DNA of 64,000 bases from an uncultured delta proteobacterium (GTDB lineage Bacteria > Desulfobacterota > Desulfobacteria > Desulfobacterales > JAFDCJ01): assembly GCA_963769935.1 (NCBI GenBank), contig CAVYNY010000004.1, forward strand, positions 37,301 to 101,300. The letters run 5' to 3'. This document shows, in pieces, positions 40,760-48,979 of the stretch; position 1 is the first letter of the stretch; each line of letters begins with the position of its first letter. A program made the translations under genes and the position numbers. The notes below the pieces were generated by a model. It was not told the DNA's origin. It was given only the letters and a program-made list of their open reading frames with translations, and searched no databases.

Positions 40760-41830
40760 ATGGATTTATCAGAAATTGTCGAAGGCATTCACCCCGTCGA
40801 TCAGCAGTGGATGGCAAAGGCCCGGGAAAGAACATCACAGCTGGTCATGCCGACTCGCGCCCTGGGCAGATTGCATGAAATCGCTGAACGTCTTTGCGGG
40901 ATTCAGCAGACTTTGCAACCGTCAATCAACCGTAAGGCTGTTTTAGTGATGGCCGGTGATCATGGAATTGCCGGCGAAGGCGTCAGTGCCTACCCGCAGG
41001 AGGTAACCGGTGCCATGGTACAGACATTTCTTGCCGGTGGCGGCGCCATCAATGCAATCAGTCGTCAAGTCGGTGCCGATGTGCTTGTGGTGGATGTCGG
41101 CACCATGGCTGAATTTGATAATCTTAAAATTTCTGGTAAGGACCGGTTGATTGTGCGGAAAGTGGCCCGGGGCACGGCCAGCTTGGCCAGCGGGCCGGCA
41201 ATGTCCCTGTCTGAGGCCGAACAATCCATTTTAACCGGATTCCAGGAGGCGACCAAACTTTTTCAGGATGGCGTGGACCTTGTTGGGACCGGCGACATGG
41301 GCATCGGCAACACGACGCCCTCGGCTGCCATCGGGGCGGTCATTTGCAAGTTGGATCCGGCTGAAATGGTAGGCCGCGGCACCGGAGTTGATGATGTAGG
41401 CCTGGCCCGCAAGCGGGATGCTGTCCGCCGCGGGATAGCGGTGAATCGTCCGAAGCCCGGCGATGGCTTGGATATCTTGTCCAAGGTCGGCGGCTTTGAA
41501 ATCGGGGGGATTGCCGGAATTGTGCTGGCCGGTGCATTTCACCGCCGTCCCGTGATGATCGATGGCTTCATTTCAACCGCCGGGGCGCTCATAGCCGATG
41601 TGCTGTGTCCGCGGGTGAAAGATTATCTGCTTTCCGGCCATTGTTCAGAAGAGCCCGGCCACAGACACATGCTGAATCATCTTAATTTAAAGCCGATCCT
41701 GGACCTGGGGATGCGCCTCGGTGAGGGAACCGGCGGTGCGTTGGCCATGAGTATCGTGGATGGCGCGCTGCGGGTTTTTAGAGAAGTGATGACATTTGAA
41801 GAAGCGGGCGTTGCCGGTAAGGAACCTTGA
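40760..41830 (+). CDS. cobT: Nicotinate-nucleotide-dimethylbenzimidazole phosphoribosyltransferase
   Basis: ALGRL, AGDHGI, VSAYPQEVT, GDMGIGNTT, GGFEI, DGFIS, MRLGEGTG. Confidence 0.96.
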   Translation: MDLSEIVEGIHPVDQQWMAKARERTSQLVMPTRALGRLHEIAERLCGIQQTLQPSINRKAVLVMAGDHGIAGEGVSAYPQEVTGAMVQTFLAGGGAINAISRQVGADVLVVDVGTMAEFDNLKISGKDRLIVRKVARGTASLASGPAMSLSEAEQSILTGFQEATKLFQDGVDLVGTGDMGIGNTTPSAAIGAVICKLDPAEMVGRGTGVDDVGLARKRDAVRRGIAVNRPKPGDGLDILSKVGGFEIGGIAGIVLAGAFHRRPVMIDGFISTAGALIADVLCPRVKDYLLSGHCSEEPGHRHMLNHLNLKPILDLGMRLGEGTGGALAMSIVDGALRVFREVMTFEEAGVAGKEP

Positions 41831-41839
41831 GAAACATTG

Positions 41840-41985
41840 TAAATTGCAGATTGAAAATTGAATATTTGTGGTATGCTATCTTTTATAATAATTTTGCAAT
41901 CCCTTTATGGGACAAAAAAGTTTATCGCCAAAAAGGCAGAATACCTTAAATATTCATACTGCAATATTCAATATTCATTTTCGAA
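41840..41985. repeat. Inverted heptamer arms (GATTGAATATT ... AATATTCAAT)
   Basis: Related copies at 53934-54058, 16505-16590 and 57550-57590. Confidence 0.7.
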
Positions 41986-41987
41986 GT

Positions 41988-42467
41988 CTATTCCCAATGG
42001 TTGTCTCCCTTGTTCTCCAGATCAATCGTATTGCTGGGGCCATCCTTTGGGGTGGCGTCCGGGGGACGGCCCTGCGGTGGATGCCGTTTCCGGCGATCGA
42101 CGGTATAGTAAGTGACCGTCCCGCGATCATTAATAAAGGAATTCAGCAGCCAGCTGATGACACTAATCATCAATGAACCGAAAACGGCCGACCAGAAACC
42201 ATGGACCTCAAAACCGGCAATCACTCCCGAGGCCATTTTTAGCATCAGGGCGTTGATCACAAAGGTAAAAAAGCCAAGCGTCATAATGTTGATGGGCAGA
42301 GTTAAAAGAAGTGCGATCGGTCTGAACAGCGCATTTAAGATGCCAAGCATTGCGGCGGCCAAAAACGCCGAAAAGAATCCGCTGACATGAATACCGTCAA
42401 TGAGATAGGCTGTTGAAATGATGGCGACGGTTAAGGTTAACCATCTGATAAATATTCCATTCATCAA
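41988..42467 (-). CDS. Phage holin family (YvlD-like, 4-TM) membrane protein
   Basis: LGILNALFRP, LTLPINIMTLGFFTFVINALML, GFEVHGFWSA. Confidence 0.8.
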   Translation of the reverse strand: MMNGIFIRWLTLTVAIISTAYLIDGIHVSGFFSAFLAAAMLGILNALFRPIALLLTLPINIMTLGFFTFVINALMLKMASGVIAGFEVHGFWSAVFGSLMISVISWLLNSFINDRGTVTYYTVDRRKRHPPQGRPPDATPKDGPSNTIDLENKGDNHWE

Positions 42468-42474
42468 TAAGAGA

Positions 42475-42759
42475 CTACTGACTGTTGATCTTTTCTCTTA
42501 GCAGGTGGGAGCATCTGAAGGTGACCACTTGACGCTGGGCCAACATCATATCGTCACCGGTAGCGGGATTTCTTCCTCGTCTCTGTTTTTTCTTTTTAAC
42601 GCAAAATTTACCGAATCCGCTAATCAAGACATCTTCGCCCTTTCCCAGCGTAGCTTTGATTTGCTCCAGCAGGATTTCAATCAACTCAGCGGATCGGTTT
42701 TTAGGAAATCCGAGTTCATTGTGAACAGTGTCTACGATCTTTGCTTTTGTCAGTGTCAT
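42475..42759 (-). CDS. ihfA: Integration host factor alpha-like subunit
   Basis: MTLTKA, VLISGFGKF, RRGRNPATG, VVTFRCS. Confidence 0.85.
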   Translation of the reverse strand: MTLTKAKIVDTVHNELGFPKNRSAELIEILLEQIKATLGKGEDVLISGFGKFCVKKKKQRRGRNPATGDDMMLAQRQVVTFRCSHLLREKINSQ

Positions 42760-42961
42760 TGATCAGTCGCTCCTGTACGTCAAGAAAGGGATCCGATTTT
42801 TTATTAAACGACGATATCGGCGCCAAGCTAATTAAATCTTTTTGTTTTGTCAAGAGATTATAATCATCTGAAAACATAATCTGCTTGTTTTGTCAAAGTA
42901 TTTGCTCTATTTTTGGGTAGTACACGCTAGGGAATACCGTCATCAATCAGAGTGATACATT

Positions 42962-44164
42962 TCAAATCGGAACCGCGGCCTTGTACACGACCGCATCGCC
43001 GCTTATGGTATAGTGCTTCACCGCGGCCGGAACAATTACGGAATCCCCCTTTTCAATTTCAAAGATATGCTTCGCCCCGTAGTCTTTAACGGAAGCTTTC
43101 CCATCTGTGCAAAGCAGAATTTCAATGCTTCTCGAGGGTGAACTTTCATAGCAGCTTTGGCCCGCAATACAAATCGATGATAGGATGAATTCTTCGGAGG
43201 GATTATAATAGATTTTCTCATTTCCGCCGGTTGCCGCTGCCGATAGGATATCAACCGTGCGCGGCCTGAATTGAATCACGTTCACCAGCTGCGAAATATC
43301 AATGTGCTTGACCGTGAGACCGCCCCGCAGGACATTGTCTGAATTGGCCATTAGCTCTATACCCAGGCCTTCCAGATAAGCATGCAGTTCACCGGCCGGA
43401 AGAAACAAGGCCTGTCCCGGTTCCAGACAGATAAGGTTTAAGAATATGGGGGACAAAATGCCGATATCGGTCGGGTATTCAGTCGCAAGCTTTTTGATCC
43501 AATGTTTTAGCCGCTGATCCGAAAATTTATCTATATTTTGCAATGCTTCATCGATAACCCGTTTCCGACGCCTCGAATCCATATTCATCAGAGCAATGAA
43601 AAACGTCTTTAACCCGCTGGAGTCAGAATTTTTTTTCAGATTTTTCAGCTCATCGGCCAGCCCCTGCGGACAGCTCGCCGACATCATGGCAACAATGTCT
43701 GTGATATTGCGGAAACCGCACAAAGCATAAAATTCAGACATTGCACAAATGCATTCGGGTTTATGATTTTCGTCTTTGAAATTGCGCTGGGAGGCGTTCA
43801 GGGCTATCCCCTGCTTATTTTCCCTTTCAAAACCCGCTTTGGCCTGTTCCAGGCTGGGATGGGCTTGAATGGACAGCGGTTTTGCAACCGCCAATACCTT
43901 GAGCAAATACGGGAGGGTGTTTTTGAACCTGGCAGCGGCCCTGTGGCCCAGCATATCCTGCGGATGCTGCTCGATTAAGTCTTTCAACGACACCCAGCGA
44001 CCATCACAATTTACAAGTGACGGCGCTTTGGGGTGGGCTCCCATCCAGAGTTCAGCCCACGGCCGGCCGGATGGATTTTCCTTCCCGAGAAGTTGCGGTA
44101 AGGATGTCGGTGATCCCCAGGCGTAATGCAGTACTGTATTTTGCAGTAATCCGATTGTTTTCAT
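42962..44164 (-). CDS. manA: Mannose-6-phosphate isomerase, class I
   Basis: YAWGS, AELWMGAHP, LSIQAHP, DENHKPE, HAYLEG, MANSDNVLRGGLT. Confidence 0.95.
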   Translation of the reverse strand: MKTIGLLQNTVLHYAWGSPTSLPQLLGKENPSGRPWAELWMGAHPKAPSLVNCDGRWVSLKDLIEQHPQDMLGHRAAARFKNTLPYLLKVLAVAKPLSIQAHPSLEQAKAGFERENKQGIALNASQRNFKDENHKPECICAMSEFYALCGFRNITDIVAMMSASCPQGLADELKNLKKNSDSSGLKTFFIALMNMDSRRRKRVIDEALQNIDKFSDQRLKHWIKKLATEYPTDIGILSPIFLNLICLEPGQALFLPAGELHAYLEGLGIELMANSDNVLRGGLTVKHIDISQLVNVIQFRPRTVDILSAAATGGNEKIYYNPSEEFILSSICIAGQSCYESSPSRSIEILLCTDGKASVKDYGAKHIFEIEKGDSVIVPAAVKHYTISGDAVVYKAAVPI

Positions 44165-44394
44165 TTCATTTTCCCACAAAATATTTATGTTTTGGACCAA
44201 TGTGACGATATAAAAGATCAGCACCTCATAAGAAACGTCGGGCGGCAGATATATAATACCCTGATTTCTTGACGGAAATCGAATATTGTTATATGATTAA
44301 TAAATTAAATAGGCAACATCAAGTCTTTTTGCATCCCGGGCCGGAAGATTCTGCGGGTGATTAACTCCAGACATAAATAAGCATTTTCGACATT

Positions 44395-45255
44395 ATGATC
44401 GTAATCGAATCAGCAGGCATTACTGATATAGGCAAGAAACGACAAGGCAATGAAGATGCTCTGTTTTTTGACGACGCCCTGGGGCTGTATGTCGTAGCGG
44501 ATGGCATGGGCGGCCATCGTGCCGGTGAAATAGCCAGCAATCTGGTGGTTGATACCATCAGCAAATACATCCAGCAAGCCTCAAATAACGGCGCTGGTGA
44601 CCCTGACTTTGCTTCGGATAATTCCCTCTCCCGGGAAGCCAATATGCTTCTTTCCGGCATTTATTTGTCCAACAAGGTCGTTCACGAAGCATCTCTCGAA
44701 AATGAGGACTGCCGCGGAATGGGCTCCACTGTTTCCGCCGTTTATTTTACCGCAGGTACCCTGATTGCGGCCAACGTCGGTGACAGCCCGATCTACCTGG
44801 TCCGCGACGGTCAGATTAAGCTGCTCTCCAAGCTTCACACCGTCCTGGCAGAACAACAGGCCCTGAATCCCGCCAACGCGAAGAAACTTGGCATGGAATT
44901 CAGACATGTGTTGACCCGGGCCATGGGGACTGAAGACTCGGTAAAAGTCGATATTTATGAGATTCAATGTTTCAAAGACGATATCCTGGTGATCAGTTCC
45001 GACGGTTTAAGCGATAAGGCTTTACCGGAAGAGATTTTCAAGCTGGTCAATCAAAATGGATTGAATACCGCCTGTCAAAGACTTGTGAAACTGGCGAATG
45101 ACCGCGGCGGTGATGACAATGTGACTGCGATTGTGCTCAAGGTCAAAATGGTGAAAAATGCACGGATTAGCTTTGACCGTCTGTTGACCACCGTTAAAAG
45201 ATTTTTTTACAGGTATTTGTCCAAAAATAAGATATCGTTTGACAAGAGAAATTAG
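44395..45255 (+). CDS. PP2C/PrpC-family Ser/Thr phosphatase
   Basis: TDIGKKRQGNED, VADGMGGH, GMGST, NVGDS, SDGL, GGDDNVT. Confidence 0.92.
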   Translation: MIVIESAGITDIGKKRQGNEDALFFDDALGLYVVADGMGGHRAGEIASNLVVDTISKYIQQASNNGAGDPDFASDNSLSREANMLLSGIYLSNKVVHEASLENEDCRGMGSTVSAVYFTAGTLIAANVGDSPIYLVRDGQIKLLSKLHTVLAEQQALNPANAKKLGMEFRHVLTRAMGTEDSVKVDIYEIQCFKDDILVISSDGLSDKALPEEIFKLVNQNGLNTACQRLVKLANDRGGDDNVTAIVLKVKMVKNARISFDRLLTTVKRFFYRYLSKNKISFDKRN

Positions 45256-45256
45256 G

Positions 45257-46036
45257 ATGCCGACGTTAACACTGAAGTTTAAAGATAAACCCATTTGTGA
45301 TTTTCAACTTCAAAAAGGGCTTTCCCTGACGATAGGCCGCCGCAAGAATAACGGTGTAGTAATTGAAAATCTGGCAGTCTCCGGCCACCATGCCAAGATA
45401 GATTCAGTGGGCGACGGGTTTGTATTAATTGATCTGCAGAGCAAAAACGGTTCCTTTGTAAATGAGCAGATTATCAACTCGCATTGGCTCAAACACGGTG
45501 ACGTCATCAACATCGGCAAGCACTCACTTGTGTTTAAATACGCCGAAGACGAGTCGATGCCGGATAACAGTTCGGATAAAATCGAACAAACCATGGTGAT
45601 GGATACCAGTCAGTATCGTACAATGGTGGAAAAGAGCAAACCGGATTTTCCCCGACCGCTTATCAGAAACTCTGATGGAGGCTTTACCGGCGAACTGGCT
45701 TTTTTGTCCGGTGGAAACGGCGAAATTAAGCTTACGCAGAGTATCACCCGGATAGGAAGACATCCTGAATCCGATATTAAAATCAAGGGCCTATGGGTTG
45801 GGAAAACAGCGGTCACAATCAGCAAGCGACCCGATGGTTTTTACTTGAGCTATGTCGGCGGAATCGCCAAACCCAAAGTCAATGACAGGACAATTCCGCG
45901 TTCGACTATCCTCAACGATCTGGATATCATTGATATCGGCTCGACGAAGCTGCAGTTTCATGAACACAATGTCGAGAAAACGAGAATCCTGAAAATCAAA
46001 AAACCAACCAACGCACGCATAGCTGGTGCCAAATAA
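45257..46036 (+). CDS. Tandem FHA-domain protein
   Basis: First FHA: IGRR, VSGHHA, DLQSKNGSFVN. Second, degenerate FHA: IGRH...LNDLDIIDIG. Linker EQTMVMDT. Confidence 0.85.
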   Translation: MPTLTLKFKDKPICDFQLQKGLSLTIGRRKNNGVVIENLAVSGHHAKIDSVGDGFVLIDLQSKNGSFVNEQIINSHWLKHGDVINIGKHSLVFKYAEDESMPDNSSDKIEQTMVMDTSQYRTMVEKSKPDFPRPLIRNSDGGFTGELAFLSGGNGEIKLTQSITRIGRHPESDIKIKGLWVGKTAVTISKRPDGFYLSYVGGIAKPKVNDRTIPRSTILNDLDIIDIGSTKLQFHEHNVEKTRILKIKKPTNARIAGAK

Positions 46037-46203
46037 GCCTTTCCTTGGGCTTACCCCTCCGGAATTTTCACTAGCCCTGATAAATATCATGAAAAATCCA
46101 AACACCAAAAACCAAATTTCAAACAAATTCCAATAACCCAAATTCAAAATTCCAAATAATTCCTCCATGGATTCTTCGTCTGAAAAATGCTATAGCGAAA
46201 ACC

Positions 46204-47613
46204 ATGAAAATTGCCTTTATCCACTATCATCTCAAAACCGGCGGCGTCACGACCGTATTAAAACATCAACTGGCTGCCGTCACCCCTCCGAACGAAGCCC
46301 TAGTACTTACCGGCGATCCTGCCGAAACACGATTGCATGCCGACGTTATCCATCTCCCCGAGCTTGGTTACAGCAGCGACCGTAAAAGCACATTCAGCGC
46401 GGTCGATGTAGCCCGGCAAATTTTAAAAGCCATTCGGGACAGATTCAGCGGTCCGTGTGATGTACTTCACCTTCACAATCCGACTCTGGCCAAGAACAGG
46501 CAATTCCTGGAAGTTATAAGTTGTTTGCAGAATCAAGGCGCAAATATATTCCTGCAAATCCATGATTTTGCAGAAGATGGCCGACCCCAGGCCTATTTTA
46601 AGGATGAATATCCTGTCGATTGCCATTACGGTGTCGTCAATAAGCGCGATTATGAAATTTTACTCAAAGCCGGCTTGAAGAAAGAAGGGTTGCACTTGGT
46701 CGAAAATACCGTCAATGTCCCGTCTCTGGTTCGACAGCCTGAGACTGAAAAATCGATGGTATTATATCCAATCAGAGCTATCCGTCGAAAAAATATCGGC
46801 GAAGCCGTTTTGTTATCCCTGTTTTTGAAACCGGATCAACACCTGGTGATCACCCTGCCGCCCAACAGCCCGGCCGACCTCAGAAGCTACCGGGCCTGGA
46901 AAACCTTTGTGCAGGAGCAGGATTTGAAGGTAGGGTTCGATCAGGGGCTGTCCAATGAATTTGAAGACCTGGTATTGTCGGCTGAATTCCTGATTACGAC
47001 CAGTATCACCGAGGGATTCGGGTTTTCCTTTCTTGAACCCTGGTTATTCGGAAAATTACTCTGGGGACGCAAAATTGTCGACATATGTCGAGATTTTGAA
47101 ATCAACGGCATTCATCTTGAACATCTTTATACCGGCATTTATGTTCCGGTTGATTGGATCGGCTGGTCTCAATTACGGGAGAAGTGGTCGGCCTGTGTCT
47201 TAAATGCGTGTACCCTTTTTAATTTTTTCATTGAACAAACACGTATCAACAGAGCATTTGATTGCATTACAAAAGATGGAATCATTGATTTTGGGCTGCT
47301 GGATGAATCCTCCCAAAAACAGGCTGTCGCGTGCTTGCTGTCCGGCGGCCGGGCAACTCATAAGTTAATGCGGCTGAATCCCTTTCTGTCGCAACCCGGC
47401 GCCGTTTCAAGCCCGGAAGAACTCATTGGCATCAACCGCGACGCAATTATGCGCCATTACAACCCGGAGGCTTATCGTACAAAGCTGCTGCACACCTATC
47501 ATCAGGTGAGCACCACGACGGTCAAGCACGGCATCGATAAAACCGTTCTGATTTCATCATTTTTAAGACCGGAAGAATTCAGCCTGCTAAAGTGGAGTGA
47601 GTATATTCAGTAA
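46204..47613 (+). CDS. GT4-fold glycosyltransferase (possibly MggA-like)
   Basis: HYHLKTGGVTTV, HNPTLAKN, QIHDFAED, RAIRRKNIGE, SITEGFGFSFLEPW. Confidence 0.7.
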   Translation: MKIAFIHYHLKTGGVTTVLKHQLAAVTPPNEALVLTGDPAETRLHADVIHLPELGYSSDRKSTFSAVDVARQILKAIRDRFSGPCDVLHLHNPTLAKNRQFLEVISCLQNQGANIFLQIHDFAEDGRPQAYFKDEYPVDCHYGVVNKRDYEILLKAGLKKEGLHLVENTVNVPSLVRQPETEKSMVLYPIRAIRRKNIGEAVLLSLFLKPDQHLVITLPPNSPADLRSYRAWKTFVQEQDLKVGFDQGLSNEFEDLVLSAEFLITTSITEGFGFSFLEPWLFGKLLWGRKIVDICRDFEINGIHLEHLYTGIYVPVDWIGWSQLREKWSACVLNACTLFNFFIEQTRINRAFDCITKDGIIDFGLLDESSQKQAVACLLSGGRATHKLMRLNPFLSQPGAVSSPEELIGINRDAIMRHYNPEAYRTKLLHTYHQVSTTTVKHGIDKTVLISSFLRPEEFSLLKWSEYIQ

Positions 47614-47777
47614 CCGCCCGCTATTAGAACGCATGATGTTGGCGCGCCACATTTGCCTAAAGTCATTTGGATTGTTTTCAGGTGCCACCCGTGGGCAGCG
47701 CTCTATTTTATTTCATCTGAAACCTGACACCTTAAATTTCTGACAAGATGCAGTCAGAAAAAATGGTCTAATGGCCT

Positions 47778-48629
47778 ATGCGACCAGCAACGCCCAAAAC
47801 CTTGTTCCAAAAATATATCCGCCGCCTAAGCCCTCTACCGACCGATTTATCGCCGACCGGTCAACTGAGGGAAAATATCCGCTGCGTGCTGTTCGACATA
47901 TATGGCACGTTGTTTATCAGCGGATCGGGCGATATCGGGCCGGCTGAGCAAGGAGCAGCCCGGATGAAGGGGATCAACGAACTGCTGAAAAAATACGGAA
48001 TTCGTAAAAACGTCCGGGCGGTGCTGGATGAACTCCAGGGTGCCATACAATCCAGACATGCCGAACTTCGCAATAAAGGAAACGAATTTCCGGAGGTCAG
48101 AATTGATCAAATATGGCAGCAGATACTGCCAATCGATGAGCGGGACACCGTGCGACAATTTGCTCTTGAATTCGAACTGATTTCCAATCCGGCATACCCG
48201 ATGCCCCATCTCGCGAACCTGCTGTCAGCCTGCCGACAGAAAGAAAAATCGATGGGCATCATTTCCAATGCTCAATTTTATACGCCCTGCCTGTTCAGAT
48301 GGTTTCTGCGCGCAGATCCTGAAGGTGTGGGATTTAACTCCGATCTAATTTTCTATTCTTATCGCTATGAAATGGCCAAGCCGTCGCCGTGGCTTTTTAA
48401 AATGGCCGTCGAGACGCTGATAGCCGGAGGAATACAGCCTTCTGCCGTGCTTTACCTCGGAAATGACATGCTTAACGATATTTATCCTGCCCGCAATGCG
48501 GGATTTCAGACCGCCCTGTTTGCGGGAGATAAGCGGTCATTGCGTTTGAGAACGGATGACTCCCGCTGCCGGGATTTGAACCCCGACCTGGTGCTGACGG
48601 ACCTGGGGCAGTTGATCCCTTTAATCTAA
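47778..48629 (+). CDS. HAD-superfamily hydrolase/phosphatase
   Basis: LFDIYGTL, IISNAQ, AKPSP, YLGNDMLNDI. Confidence 0.85.
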   Translation: MRPATPKTLFQKYIRRLSPLPTDLSPTGQLRENIRCVLFDIYGTLFISGSGDIGPAEQGAARMKGINELLKKYGIRKNVRAVLDELQGAIQSRHAELRNKGNEFPEVRIDQIWQQILPIDERDTVRQFALEFELISNPAYPMPHLANLLSACRQKEKSMGIISNAQFYTPCLFRWFLRADPEGVGFNSDLIFYSYRYEMAKPSPWLFKMAVETLIAGGIQPSAVLYLGNDMLNDIYPARNAGFQTALFAGDKRSLRLRTDDSRCRDLNPDLVLTDLGQLIPLI

Positions 48630-48674
48630 GTTGCGATTTGCTCTTGAACAACTAAAGAAAACTATTAAATCCAA

Positions 48675-48917
48675 TCAAAATCACAAATTCCAAATCACAA
48701 ATAAATTCCAATGACCAAAATTCAAAATTCCAAACCCGATTACGTCTATTTTTGATACCGCTTCAGAGAAATAAGCAATGTTTTTATCGCTAAAACACGA
48801 AAGTTCTAAAACGCACAAAAATAAGGCAGGTGGATTTGCTTGGTTTGGCCGGTTTCGGTCAATGAATATTCTAATTTGGGATTTATTTGTTATTTGGTGC
48901 TTGGAATTTGGAATTTA
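48675..48917. repeat. Inverted heptamer arms (AAATTCC/AAATCAC ... GGAATTT)
   Basis: aaatcacaaattccaaatcacaaataaattccaatgaccaaaattcaaaattccaaac ... ttgggatttatttgttatttggtgcttggaatttggaattt. Confidence 0.8.
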
Positions 48918-48979
48918 CACATTGCCGGCTGAGATTTGCTAATCCTTTTTTGCCGCCTGCTTGCCCTCTCGCTTCCCCA

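Noticed and set aside
41988..42467. Prophage implied by the phage holin family gene
   Set aside because: This family is common in core chromosomes, and no endolysin or structural genes are nearby.
42842..42896. TTGTTTTGTCAA direct repeat upstream of ihfA as a regulator site
   Set aside because: It is simply explained as tandem TTGACA -35 boxes on the minus strand; too little evidence for more.
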